From NCBI RefSeq assembly GCF_006345805.1, contig NC_043021.1, positions 15,996,001 to 16,060,000 of the forward strand: a stretch of DNA of 64,000 nucleotides, written 5' to 3'. Positions 11,723-24,359 of the stretch are shown in pieces. The translations under genes were made by a program, and so were the position numbers. The stretch's first letter is position 1. Each line of letters opens with the position of its first letter. Under the pieces are notes generated by a model. That model was given only the letters and a program-made list of their open reading frames with translations. It ran no database searches and was not told the DNA's origin. This DNA is from Octopus sinensis. Lineage: Eukaryota.

Positions 11723-12156
11723 TTTGATCATGTGATGAGCCAATCTGTGATTCCCAGCTCAAGTGGCATGAATAAATGAACGGAAAAAAGTTACTAATCA
11801 AATCAAGTAATTAAAAAATCAAAGCCCCATCATAATGATTTTTACTCTCGCTTCACTGATCAGTGTTAGGTGTGATGTGTCTATACGTGTTTCAGTCTGA
11901 TAAAAACTTGCAAGTCCTGTATTAAAAGAGTGTTCATTCATTCTACACAGGCTGTGTATGTGTGTGTATATGGCTGTGCGGTTAAGAAGTTCACTTCCCA
12001 ACCACACGGTTTTGGGTTCAATCCCACTGCAAATACTTTGGGCACTTCTACGATAGCCCCTAAGTGATCAAAGCCATGGAAAGTGAAAGCCTGTCTTATG
12101 ATTTTATATGTATATGTGTGTGTGTATGTATATATATATATATAATATATATATAT

Positions 12157-12330
12157 AAAATAAGGAAAATGGGGAGTTTGGACACAGAAAAAAAATCAAT
12201 TTATTTATATATAATAGTCAATTTCATATTGCCTATATATGTTTCAATCTCTTACCTTCATTCATATTTTGAAATTAAGATTGTATTATGCATTTCAAAG
12301 GTAAAAAATATCTCTTATATTTGCACTCTA
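12157..12330 (+). mobile_element. Third copy of the 8881-9183 element, abutting (TA)n
   Basis: aaaataaggaaaatggggagtttggacacagaaaaaaaatc... is nearly identical to the 8881 arm. Confidence 0.75.
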
Positions 12331-12736
12331 TGAAAGTTGCAAGTTACAAGTGGTGTTGCTATTATTTGTCAACAAATTGTCTGTTTGCTTTATGCCTTTG
12401 AAGATGTATGAAATGAGAGGTCCCTAACTTGAAAAATGGGTAAGGGTTAGTGTCAGGATGAACATCAGGCTGTAAAACAATGCCTTGATAATGAATTGAT
12501 CTGTCCCATGCAAGCATAGAAAAACGTGTATAAAATGACCGAAGAAATATATTGTGTGTGTCTGTGTCTCCTTGTTTGGAATAGTTGTATATGATTATCA
12601 CTGTCATATAATTGGCCTTATTTGGAAATGGATCAAGGTTGGTGAAGAAGGGCATCTGGCCATAGAAAATCTGCCTCAGTGAAGTCTGTTTGACCCATGC
12701 GAGTCTGGAAAAGCGGATGTTAAAATGATGATGAAT

Positions 12737-13131
12737 GGTGTAGGAGTGGCTGTGTGGTAAGTAGCTTGCTTACGAACCACATGGTTCCGGGTTCAGTCCC
12801 ACTGCATGGCACCTTGGGCAAGTGTCTTCTACTATAGCCTTGGACCGACCAAAGCCTTGTGAGTGGATTTGGTAGACGGAAACTGAAAGAAGCCCGTCGT
12901 ATATATGTATATGTATGTGTGTGTATATGTTTGTGTGTCTGTGTTTGTCCCCCCAACATCGCTTGACAACCGATGCTGGTGTGTTCACGTCCCTGTAACT
13001 TAGCGGTTCGGCAAAACAGACCGATAGAATAAGTACTAGGCTTACAAAGAATAAGTCTTGGGGTCGATTTGCTTGACTAAAGGCAGTGCTCCAGCATGGC
13101 CACAGTCACATGACTGAAACAAGTAAAAGAG
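12737..13131 (+). mobile_element. Full-length tRNA-derived SINE (family A)
   Basis: Pol III A box (tggctgtgtgg) and B box (ggttcagtccc), internal TA/TG microsatellite and an aagtaaaagag tail. There are many homologues in the window. Confidence 0.9.
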
Positions 13132-13559
13132 AATGGTGTGTGTGTGTGTGTATGAGAGTAAGAGAAGTTTGGCAATACAAACAAGAAAATAAAACTCAAG
13201 ACATGAGTGTGTGTGTCTGTGTGTGCATATAGACAGACATACCATAACAAACCATTGTGTAGCCTATATGTAGACAGATGTAGCTAAGTAAAACTGTTTA
13301 ATCTGTAACATCATTGAAAGAAAGACGTGTTTGTGAGTCTGAAAGATGTTTATGTAAGAGATACAATCCTCATAGATTTGTGTGCGGATCTTATCAGCAA
13401 TGTTTTCAAACCATAAGCTCTATTTTTGGTAGATTCTTCAGAAATCATGTAATGATGCAGTTGTATCTAATTAAAATTACTTCAGCCTGCTTACACATAC
13501 ATAAGCCTTGAGTTTGCCCCGTTGCTGGAACTTGTCAACAAGAGCCATTTTAGCCAGCT

Positions 13560-13926
13560 AGAAATAATAGGTAACTCATTAAGACAACGCTGCTGTGAGT
13601 GGTATATCATTTGTATGATGTGGAAAATATTCTCACAGCATTGCCCAAATGATGTTAGCATCAACTTTAATTATTCACTTAAGGCTAGGTCCCTGTGCTG
13701 TCCGTCCTCTACAAAAATCATACCACATCACAATACTAAGAGAAATTTCACTACAACTGGTTCTGCTCTCTTTAATTTCATGCCAAAACAAATAAGGGAA
13801 GAAAATCTCATAACATTCAGATGGTTCCTGGATGATTATCTCCCACAAATTCCGGATAAACCATCTACACCTGGATATATCTCTGCAAACACTAACTCTT
13901 TACTTGAATGGACTTGGTGCCCATAG
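13560..13926 (+). mobile_element. Decayed CR1/L2-group LINE, ORF2 C-terminal fragment
   Basis: ALFNFMPKQIRE...FRWFLDDYLPQIPDKPSTPGY..NTNSLLEW resembles the LFN.LP..IR...F...LD..L..IPD.P..PGY...NSL C-terminus of this LINE group (recognised from memory). Confidence 0.6.
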
Positions 13927-14054
13927 AATGACTATAATATGAAACATTATTCAATATCTTTTCCAGATGGTGCTATTATGTTAATTTTGTCCTGGGCCAA
14001 TTCTGGTTGAAACTCATGTAACAAAAGGAACATATTGGATTATATTGTATAGCA

Positions 14055-14219
14055 CAGTGGTTCCTAACCTTTTCACTACCAAGGACCCCTTTGATTTAAA
14101 TGAATTTTCCCATGGATCCCAGGATATTGAAAGGTCTGTCAGCTTACTATGTTCACGGACCCCCAGTACTACCTTTGCGGACCACCAGGGATCTGTGGAC
14201 CATAGGTTGGGAACCACTG
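14055..14219. mobile_element. hAT (Charlie-like) MITE
   Basis: TIRs cagtggttcctaacc / ggttgggaaccactg. The 8-bp flanks gtatagca / gtacggca match at 6 of 8 positions. Confidence 0.75.
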
Positions 14220-15839
14220 GTACGGCATCTGAAATATATTAACTAGAAAACACTGGTGTGATGGTCATGGCTTAGTACCTTTTGATCATTAATCTGCTTG
14301 ATCAAGACTACCTTGGGCTAAACAACAGCAACAATTAGTTTCTTCATTGTCATCTCCTAGTCCAGGTATGTCTGTGTGGTCAAGAAGCTTGCTTCACGAC
14401 TACATGATCTTGCGTTCAGTCCCATTGTAGGGCACTTTGGCCAAGGGTCTTTTAGCATAACCTTGGGCCAACCAAAGCCTTAGGAGTCGATTTGATAGAC
14501 AGGGTTAGCTTTTCATTTAACTCTTTCATAGTAGATAAGCATATTATTGATACTTGTTGTTTATCTCCATATTAGCTCTGATTAAAAGCATTTCAGCAGT
14601 TTCTCACCTGGATTTCTTTTCATAATCTAACTAGGACTACATTATCCAATGTCTTTTTTTTTTAAAGACAGTTGGGTATGATTTGAGGTGAAATTTGCCA
14701 ACTATATCTAGCAAGTCAACTGTATAGGAAGGTCCTACAATCACTTGATTTGGGCTGTGTTGTGGTTGTTAAGTAGCCCCTTTCAGCCCTTAATAACAAG
14801 TGTCATTATATTGTTCTTATAAACTTCTGAATATTTTGTACGGTCCTTGAGTCAAGCTACAAAACCTTTCATGTTAAAGCTCTGCAATGTATGTGATGAA
14901 ACTCTTCCTAAGCCCACTTACCTTGGTTGAACTGATGTTTGCCCTTCAATCTTAGCACTGATGGTTGCCTCCTTTTCTGGGACCCTGTTGCTGTACATGT
15001 ATCCGCCCATACACCCTAGACTGCATAACCACAAATGTAGGGCCATTTAGCTGATAGACAAAGCTTCACACACCAACAGGCAACACAACTAACAGCTTAA
15101 ATCAGTGATTTCTGATTCTTTAATCTTGCATGCTGTGTATCACCATTGTGGCTAAGTTCACCAAATACATCCACCTCATCTCTTCCTCCGCTGTACTGTT
15201 TTACCTTTCAGTCCTCACCACAGCAGAAGTGGTAAGGCTACTCTGCTTGGTGAAGGGGATTGGCCTGCAAGATTCTTGTAAAGAAAGCACTCCTGTGGAT
15301 GCCATGTGAAAAGCACTCATGTGGGTACCACGTAAATGTGCTGGTGTGGGGGCCATGTAAAAAACACCTAGGACACACTGTAAAGTGATTGGGATTAGTA
15401 AGGGCATGCAGCTGTAGAAACCATGCCAAATCAGAGACTGGATCCTGGTACTACTCTCTGGCTTGCCAACTCTGGTTAAACCATCAAACCCATGCCAGCA
15501 TAGAAAGCGGATGTTAAATGATGATGATAATGGTGATTAACTAGAGCTCATTGTTTCTCTGCTTAGACATTCCTTACAAGTGTTGTCCTGTAGAAATTTA
15601 AGCAGAATGTAAACCACATTGGTTTAATAAATCTAGGAAAGCCTACAGCAGTCATGGGTGCTGCTCTTTGTTCTCTGATTAAATATAAAATCTGGAAACA
15701 GAGCTTTAAAGAGTTACTGCTTATTAGCTTCAGTTTTATTGTGTGAATCATTTGGAAGAGAATGCTCCCAACACCTGAATAGAATGTAAAAATTTAAATG
15801 CCTCCTAATCTCTACAGGACTTTTAATGGGTAGCGTATA

Positions 15840-16038
15840 GTTGCAGACTCATAGCTAATCTGTTTTATGTTCAAACTGACCAGATCCAGGCTCTCACACC
15901 TACCCTACAATGTTATTCTACATTAAGTAATTACACCATCAAGATCTTGAAGATATGAGATAATGCATGATTAATTCAAATCAATGGGAATCAATAAGCA
16001 TTATGTTTGATAGAATAATCTGAACACTAAAGGGTTAA
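15840..16038. mobile_element. piggyBac-type MITE, same family as 3790 (left end eroded)
   Basis: Internal homology to 3790-3996 and right end tgaacactaaaggg|ttaa. Confidence 0.6.
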
Positions 16039-16703
16039 ACAAATGAAATAGAAATTAGTCCTTAGACAAAAGGAACAAATTGATCCCGCTCTACCTATGT
16101 AATCCCTTTGGCACATTTGGAGGCCTGGGTTTCATTCTGATACCAGTGTGTGAAGTGGATGGGTTGAATAGATTTTCTTTTGTATAGAATGTCTGGAATG
16201 CTGGTTAGTTATGGGTCATACACCTAGATCTGGCATCAGTTCTTGACATCCAGGTGTACTGTGCCTGAAAGCAGTGTAGAATAAAGTGTTAACAACCTAA
16301 GAGTAGGGTCTTATCTACTTGGCCACATCTCATTCTCCCTGAAGAGGTCGATCATTAAGTCCTATTTCCATTGAGTCCTATTCCTGTTTTTAGGGCACTT
16401 CTGTGAGCTAACAAATGTTCCAACTATGTAGAGCAATAGGCTAAATGGCCCACAAAAATTCCTTTCCACTCCTCTTTGTTTTGGGTTCAACCTACTGAAA
16501 GTTGACCGGCTTTCATAATTTCTTCAAGGTCAGTGAATAAACAGCATAAACATATTCGAAGTTGATGCGTGCAGCTCTGGGTACCCTGTCTGCGAAAGTT
16601 AGTAGCTTTGAAGGTTAGGTAAATGAAATGATCACAATCATTCTCATCAATGTCATTGTTATAAATATCCCTTTAGTTTGGCATTAAGCACTATATATAT
16701 ATA

Positions 16704-16747
<44 letters not shown>

Positions 16748-17346
16748 TTACACACACACACACACACACACACACAGAGGCTTAAAATAATTATTATTCT
16801 GGTAGTAAAAGTACAAGCAGCAACATGACTGTTATACCAGTAAATGATGTGTCTACTACCATACTACTACTATTACTACTACTGCTAGTACTACCACCAG
16901 TTATGAATACCAATTATTTATAGTGTTTCTGCTTTGCTTTCTTCACCAGATCATTTCTGCAATTGTTATTAATTCTCGGCTACTATTAGATAGTTACTAG
17001 GGGAGAGAGAGAGAGAAGGGGGGAGGGAGGGAGGAGGTAGTCAATGAATGCAGCATGTTGTGATGTAAACCTGTTGAATATGCAGTGGAGAGAGAGAGAG
17101 AGAGAGCACTTTATTGGAGTGGGAGAGGATGAAGTGATGATATGCTGGCTCCTTTGTTTATCTTAACAATAGTCTTAATTTGTGTGCGTGTTTATAGTTC
17201 CATGCTCTTCTCTCCATATTGTGTTTTTTTTTTAAATACATATTTTGCTATTACATTCCTTATTACTAAACTATATCAGGTTACATACACACATCACACA
17301 TACATACATACATACATACATACATACATACATACATACATACATA

Positions 17347-17400
<54 letters not shown>

Positions 17401-17411
17401 ATAGTTAATCC

Positions 17412-17614
17412 AAACAAGAAAACACAAAAAAAAACACAACAACGCGAGGACGGGAACAAATATAGTATTATTGGACGCTAAGGAAAGAAGGAGGGTTTAA
17501 CGTTTCGAGCGGAGCTCTTCGTCGGAAACATAGGAGAAGGAAAGATCCAGAGAAGGGAAGACAGAGGAAAAAAAATCGCCAACAGTACACACAAGGTCAC
17601 ATTTTGAAAGACCG

Positions 17615-17630
<16 letters not shown>
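17412..17630 (-). mobile_element. Penelope-like terminal (pLTR-like) fragment between (TA)n tracts
   Basis: A short non-coding element flanked on both sides by (TA)n that carries a minimal hammerhead motif. The PLE assignment is inferred from the known PLE-hammerhead association. Confidence 0.5.
17495..17529 (-). ncRNA. Minimal type I hammerhead-like motif (U4C core variant)
   Basis: Minus strand reads GTTT-CCGACGA-A-GAGC-tcc-GCTC-GAAA-C-GTT-AAAC. Helix I is GTTT/AAAC, helix II is GAGC/GCTC and helix III is the palindrome ACGT. Confidence 0.55.
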
Positions 17631-17661
<31 letters not shown>

Positions 17662-17689
17662 TGGATGTGCAATGTCAGTGTGCATGTTC

Positions 17690-18190
17690 AACAGTGTAAG
17701 CATCTTGAGAGAAAAGTTGGGCCTAAGAGGCATCAGATGTGGTGTGCAAGAGAGGTGACTGCACTGGTATGATCATGTGATGTGTATGGATGAGGCAGCT
17801 GTGTAAAGAAATACTGATTTCACTGTGGAGGGAACCTGTGGTAGAGGTAGATCTAGGAAGACATGGGACATGGTGATGAAGTATGATCTTTGAACTTTGA
17901 TCCTCACAGAGGCAATGACTAGTGACTGCGACCTTTGGCAATGTGCTGTGCTTGAGAAGACCCGTTAAGCCAAGTGAAATTGTAGTTGTGAATGAAGCTG
18001 GGGTCATAGAACTGGCACCCATGCTGGTGGTGCATAAAAATCACTTTTTGAGTGTTGGAACCCACTGGGGCAAAGTGGCTGATGCTGGTGGCACATGAAA
18101 AGGTCCTTTCAAGTGTTGGGCCTCACAGAGGCAATGACTAAGACCTTTGGCATTATGTCATACTTGAGATGAAGACCCATCAAGCCAAGT
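17690..18190 (+). mobile_element. Decayed RTE-clade LINE 3' region (older relative of 6641)
   Basis: gtgcaagagaggtgactgcactggtatg...ggaacctgtggtagaggtagatctaggaagacatggg aligns to 6645-6881 with stops and indels. Confidence 0.7.
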
Positions 18191-18654
18191 AAAGCAGTTA
18201 TGGCAGTTATTGAAAATGTTTTGAAATGTAATAACCAATCAGAGATCGTCTTTCAGTACATATACTGATGCAGTAGTTTTAGGCACTTAGTTCTTTCTTT
18301 TCTACAAGCACCCTTCAATTTCAATCTGAATAGAAAAAAAAAACATTTAGGTCTTTTTGGCTACACATATCGAAGCACTTCATTGCACATTAATCCAGTT
18401 AATTGCGCAGAAAATAAGTACCAGCTTTATGTGAGTGCAGTCCTTTCTCCTTCCAGCTGTTACATCGTGAATGTGGGTTAGGTAAATTAAAAATAATCAT
18501 GATCATTTTTGTTGGTGTCATTGTCAAATGTTAGGAGATCAAATGTTGGGAGAGTCGATTGTGTGTGTGTGTCTGTCTGTCTGGTTGTGATTACATAGGC
18601 ACCTGAAACAATTAGTGAAAGCATGATACATATGCTCCATGTCCATATTTATGA

Positions 18655-18951
18655 GTGATGACTGGTCATCACTCATTGTTCAACCGTGGTCGAGACGATG
18701 GAATTTACCATGCTACGCCAGACTTCACGGTCCATCATGGCATTACGAAGGTCCTGTTGCTGGATGCCTGTATCCTTGGAGATTATATCAGGGTAGGAGA
18801 GTGTGCACCCTCTGGTATTGCGAGTAGATGGCTTCCAGAAGAGAAGAGTAGAAATTACCTCTTTTTCAGCTCTACAACAATGTCCAGCAAACTGGACTCT
18901 CCTACCTTTCACAAGAGATGACACAGGTGGTAGTTTCCCATATATTTGCAT
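18655..18951 (-). mobile_element. RTE/RTEX-type LINE 3' end (distinct family)
   Basis: IYGKLPPVSSLVKGRRVQFAGHCCRAEKEVISTLLFWKP...AMMDREVWR matches the RR..FAGHC.R....V.S.LL.W.P and AM.DR..WR pattern. It ends in a TGA-type tail. Confidence 0.75.
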
Positions 18952-19299
18952 TTGACTGGTAGGTTTTTATGGTTGGAATGGCATCCAGCTGTGGAAACCA
19001 TGCCAAATCAGTCTATGGAACTTGGTGTGGCTCCTTGCTTTGCCAGCTCCTATCAAACCATCCAACCCATGCCAGCATGGAAAACGGATGTCAAATGATG
19101 ATGAGCAGCTTTGGTTGGAGAAGGTTTTAGCCACATCATAGTTTTCTTTTAGCTTTCACTCCATTGCTTCATACTCAATCTCTGAGGTCAACCTCCCTTG
19201 CCCAGGAATGGTTTCATGTGTTCACTTGGTGTTTCAGAAGCATTGTAGAAACTTGATAGTGCAGGGCTGCTAGCTCTATACCTTTCTCAGCTGGGCTTG

Positions 19300-19465
19300 G
19301 AACAAGCTATGGCAGTCTTCATAGCATGGAGAAGGTCCACAGAAACTGAAGTGCTGGCTTGTGATTACACCTGGGAACAACAGCTATCCATTGCCAAAGA
19401 CTGAGAGAGATGAGGATCTTTTGGTGTCCTATGCTCCACGAGGAGTTAAAGGATTAAGAAGATAA
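19300..19465 (+). mobile_element. Decayed RTE-type LINE 3' end
   Basis: A frameshifted DR..WR..V..LCSTRS-like terminus (...ggtgtcctatgctccacgaggagttaa) followed by an AAG-rich tail. Confidence 0.4.
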
Positions 19466-20078
19466 ATCTAGCATTTTGAAAACACTCTCCCATCAAAGCT
19501 AGCTTTTTAGTGGGCTCTTGAATCAATTTCAGATGGCTTTCTGATTATGGGCTGCATTTTGCTGGTGTGTAGCTTCTATGATAGATCTGTTTTAGTAGAC
19601 TCACAGTCAAAGGTGTTCCGTTCATGAACAACCAGTCATTTTTTGTATAGTGCAAACATGGCCATGTGGTTAAGAAGCTTGCTTTGCATTCATGTGGTTT
19701 CAGGTTCAGTCTCACTGCACAGTACCTTGGGCAAGCGTCTTCTACTTTAACGCCAGGCTTACCAATGCCTTGTGAGTGAATTTGGCAGATGGAAACTGTA
19801 TGGAAGCCTGTTTTTGTTTGTGTATATGCACGTGTATATATATATATATATATATACACACACATACACACGTGTGTATTTGTGTTGGGCAGTTAAAGTA
19901 TGATAGAGGGGCATTTGTTTATGACAAGGGATCCAGTTTGATCAACTGAACTTCCAGGTCATAGAATCAGCATATAAGTGGCAGAGTATTCCACAGATAC
20001 TTGTACCATTAATGTAATTCTCAGGCAGAATGAGCATGACACTGTGTGGATAAATCTATATCATGTGAATTACTGGTA

Positions 20079-20329
20079 CAATCTGACATTTTAGGTCTAC
20101 CTAGTTTTTCATTCACAAGGTACAGGTCGAGCCAAGGCTGTAGAAATTGATACATACCCAAGATGCTGTGTGGTGGGATTGAACCCTGGAACATATGGGT
20201 TGCAATCTGACATTTTAGGTCTACCTAGTTTTTCATTCACAAGGTACAGGTCGAGCCAAGGCTGTAGAAATTGATACATACCCAAGATGCTGTGTGGTGG
20301 GATTGAATCCTGGAACATATGGGTTGCAA
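20079..20329. repeat. 124-bp direct tandem duplication
   Basis: caatctgacattttagg...catatgggttg occurs at 20079 and 20203, with 1 difference seen. Confidence 0.9.
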
Positions 20330-20688
20330 AGTGAACTTTGTAACCATTCATCCAAAGTACTGTACTTTAATAATAAGGCCTGCTAATCAGAGCTGCCCTA
20401 AAGGTAAACAACAAAATCTATGATAATCTTAAGTTTTATGAGAATTATTTACATATTTTGCTTTTCTTTGCTGTTGTGGTTGATGAAATACTTATTTCCG
20501 TCACTGCCCTTCCCTATCTGTTGGATTCAGTCATCAATAACAATTTTGTTAGATTTGGGAAGAGCACATGGTTGTTATAGGACTCCCAGATCAGCTCTGA
20601 TTCAGCTCACTTACTATCTAAATCATTCTAATTGTGACCACCTCATCTTTGTTATTTATTTATTCGAGTAGTATGGCTGTGTGCTTAA

Positions 20689-20910
20689 TCCTTTAGCATT
20701 TAAACCGGCCATATCCAGCAAAAAGTATTCTGCCTGTTTTATGTTCAAACTGGCCAGATCTGGTCTCTCACACCAACCCTACAATATCGTTTTAAAAGTT
20801 AACAGCTACCTCATCAAAATCTCAGAGCTACAAGATTAATGCATGATTAGTTCAAAACAATGTGGATAAAAAAGCATTAATTTTGGCAGAAAAATGCGAA
20901 CACTAAAGGA
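20689..20910. mobile_element. piggyBac-type MITE nested in a SINE A head
   Basis: TTAA|TCCTTTAG...CTAAAGGA|TTAA. The flanks join into a tggctgtgtg.ttaa.aagttcac SINE head. Confidence 0.7.
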
Positions 20911-21541
20911 TTAAAAAGTTCACTTTGGGGCTATGTAGACGGGGTTCTGTCCCACTGTATAGACACTGTCAGCTGGGATTCTGCACTATACCTGTGGGTT
21001 GGACAATGTGATATGGAATTGGTAAACAAAAACTGAAGAGGCCTGTAGTGTGTATCATCACCATCATCACTAGTAAGGGGTCTCTTATTTCACATGTTTT
21101 TGCAGGAACAGTATCAGTGGATAATGGCAATATTACTACTTGTAGCTTATAAACATATAATCACGCACACATGCATGAGCACATAATCATATGCATGTGC
21201 ATACACACATACATCATACACACATACATCATACACACTGCATACATACATACTGCATACATATATACATACATACATAAGGTGTGTGTGTGTACATATA
21301 TACATACATACATAAGGTGTGTGTGTTTATTTTTTTTTAAAGCTTAAACAATACAAGTTATAAAGTAATACAGTTGTTAATCATGGATACTAACTTTTCT
21401 CCAAATACTTTCTGGGGAAGGGCTCACAATCCTGAAATATTGAAGTATCAGGTAAAACTATCAACTTGTATTATTTTGTAACTTGCATTAAAAAAAATGA
21501 GCAAAAATATTTATCTGCGTCATGAAAACTATACTAGTCAA

Positions 21542-21580
<39 letters not shown>

Positions 21581-21586
21581 CACGTA

Positions 21587-21981
21587 GGCATAGGAGTGGC
21601 TGTGTGGTAAGTAGCTTGCTTATCAACCACATGGTTCCGGGTTCAGTCCCACTGCATGGCACCTTGGGCAAGTGTCTTCTACTATAGCCTCAGGCCAACC
21701 AAAGCCTTGTGAGTGGATTTGGTAGACGGAAACTGAAAGAAGCCCGTCGTATATATATATATATATATATGTATGTCTGTGTTTGTCCCCCTCCCCCAAA
21801 CATAGCTTGACAACCGATGCTGGTGTGTTTACGTCCACGTAACTTAGCAGTTCGGCAAAAGAAGCCGATAGCATAAGTACTAGGCTTACAAAGAATTAGT
21901 CCTGGGGTTGATTTGCTCGACCAAAGGCGGTGCTCCTGCATGGCCATAGTCACATGACTGAAGCAAGTAAAAGAGTAAGAG
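21587..21981 (+). mobile_element. Full-length SINE family A
   Basis: A and B boxes, body and tail as at 12737. Confidence 0.9.
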
Positions 21982-23071
21982 TATATGGTGGTTGTCTACT
22001 CTTTATGCAGAGTTTGACTCGCTCCTGTACCTACACCTAAGATCCATCATGGCATCTGATGTGGCTTTTAAACCAGACAATGTTCTGAAAAGACACCCAT
22101 GTATTTTGTAAATTTGATTTGCACCATCAAGAGCTGCAGATAACTTCTTTAAGTTTCTGTTAACCAATACAATGTATATTCTTAGAAAATGGTCATGAAA
22201 GGGTTGACGGTAACAAGGGGTTGGTATGAGCCAGTGAGGGAGCCTTTTTGTAGTTGCTTGATGTGCAAGTAATAGCAACCAAATTTCAGGCAATCACATG
22301 CTATTTCTTCAAGAAAGGAAGGACGCCTTGATCACTGTAGTGGTAGATATGTATACGAGAGGACCAAGATGAGGTTGGTTGTAACTGAAATGCTTTTGAT
22401 CATGGACCTACTCAGTCAGATTTGACCTGGGATTAAACAGTAATTTTAAAGAAAATGCTAAAAAGAGAAGGGACAAAATTGGTTGTGGATTATAAGAAGC
22501 ATGCTTTGTAACCACTTGGCTTTGGGTTCAGTTCCATTGTATGGCACCTCAGACAAGTGTCTTTATTATCACCCAAGGGCAACCAATACTTTGTGAGTGA
22601 ATTTGGCTAACGGAAACTGTGTGGAAGCCCATCATATGTGTATCTTTGTGTTTGTATATGTCCCTTTTACGTATGTCCTCCTTCTGACTGACAACTGGGG
22701 TTTGTTTTATGTCCCCATTGTCCAACTAAGAGGTTTGGCAAAAGAGGCCAATGGAATAAGTATCAGATTTAGAGTACTTAGTGGGAGTGATTTGTTTGAT
22801 CCCCTTCAGCAAAATGCCCTAGCATGGCTGCAGTCGAATGACAGAAACAAGTAAAAGATGGAAGATAACTGGGGGGCAAAATCTTGGCCTAAATTAATCA
22901 GCTGTTTTCATATTTTAACTTGACAATTGTTTTAGCCAATGGATTTCAGAGGTCAGGAGTACACAGCAGTTCTTGTAAAAAAAAAAAACAAACAAACAAA
23001 AAAACAACCCCCCACTCTGTCTTTCTCTCTCTCATTGTTGTCATATGGAATGTTAAAAATCTAATGTCATA

Positions 23072-23455
23072 GGCGAAGGAGTGGCTGTGTGGTAAGTAGC
23101 TTGCTTACCAACCACATGGTACCAGGTTCAGTCCCACTGCGTGGCACCTTGGGCAAGTGTCTTCTACTATAGCCTCGGGCCGACCAAAGCCTTGTGAGTG
23201 GATTTGGTAGACGGAAACTGAAAGAAGCCTGTCGTATATATGTATATATATATATATGTATGTTTGTGTGTCTGTGTTTGTCCCCCTAGCATTGCTTGAC
23301 AACCGATGCTGGTGTGTTTGCGTCCCCGTCACTTAGCGGTTCGGCAAAAGAGACCGATAGAATAAGTACTGGGCTTACAAAGATTAAGTCTCGGGGTCGA
23401 GTTGCTCGATTAAAGGCGGTGCTCCAGCATGGCCGTAGTCAACAAGTAAAAGAGT
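23072..23455 (+). mobile_element. Full-length SINE family A
   Basis: A and B boxes, body and tail as at 12737. Confidence 0.9.
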
Positions 23456-23898
23456 ATAGTTTCTATACCTCATCTCTGTAAATAGCCATGATATGGCTGA
23501 GTGTCCCTAAGGTGTATTGAAGTAGTGTCTTTTGAGTTGAAGCTCATGGGAACAACTGTTCATACATTCTTCTAGGAACTATACCTCATTGTGTTTGGAG
23601 GAATAGGCGGCAGAGTGTATAATTTTAATGTTCATTTCTCATGCATTAGATGAAATTTGTCAAGGCATATTTTTTAGGGTTGGATTCACAACTAATCCTT
23701 ACCTGTTTTTAAGTGAGGTAATATTTTTACTCTAATCCTTTGATCACAAACAACATATTGGTTTCACATGATTTCACAGATTAGATTGCAAATGAAAGGC
23801 ACAACTTGTATGTGGCATTCAGTTACAACTAGCATGCAAATGACAAGGAGACATGAACTATGCACACACACACACACACACATTGGTACAAAAATATG

Positions 23899-24359
23899 TA
23901 CTCTCTTTTACTTGTTTCAGTCATTTGACTGTGGCCATGCTGGAGCACTGCCTTTAGTCGAGCAACTCGACCCCGGGACTTATTCTTTGTAAGCCCAATA
24001 TTTTGAATAATTTTCCCGTTCACAGCTCTTCAGGAATGTTTCTTTATCAAACGTTGGGTCTATCGGTCTCTTTTGCCCAACCGCTAAGTAATGGGGGACA
24101 TATACACACCAACATTGGTTGTCAAGCAATGCTAGGGGGACAAACACAGACACACAAACATACATGCACACACACATATATATATATACATATATATGAC
24201 GGGCTTCTTTCAGTTTTCGTCTACCAAATCCACTCACAAGGCTTTGGTCGGCCCGAGGCTATAGTAGAAGACTCTTGCCCAAGGTGCCACGCAGTGGGAC
24301 TGAACCCGGAACCATGTGGTTGGTTAGCAAGCTACTTACTACACAGCCACTCCTGCGCC
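23899..24359 (-). mobile_element. SINE family A with a ~55-bp foreign segment at ~24000-24056
   Basis: Reverse complement of the family A consensus, with the head ending ...ctcctgcgcc at 24359. Confidence 0.85.
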
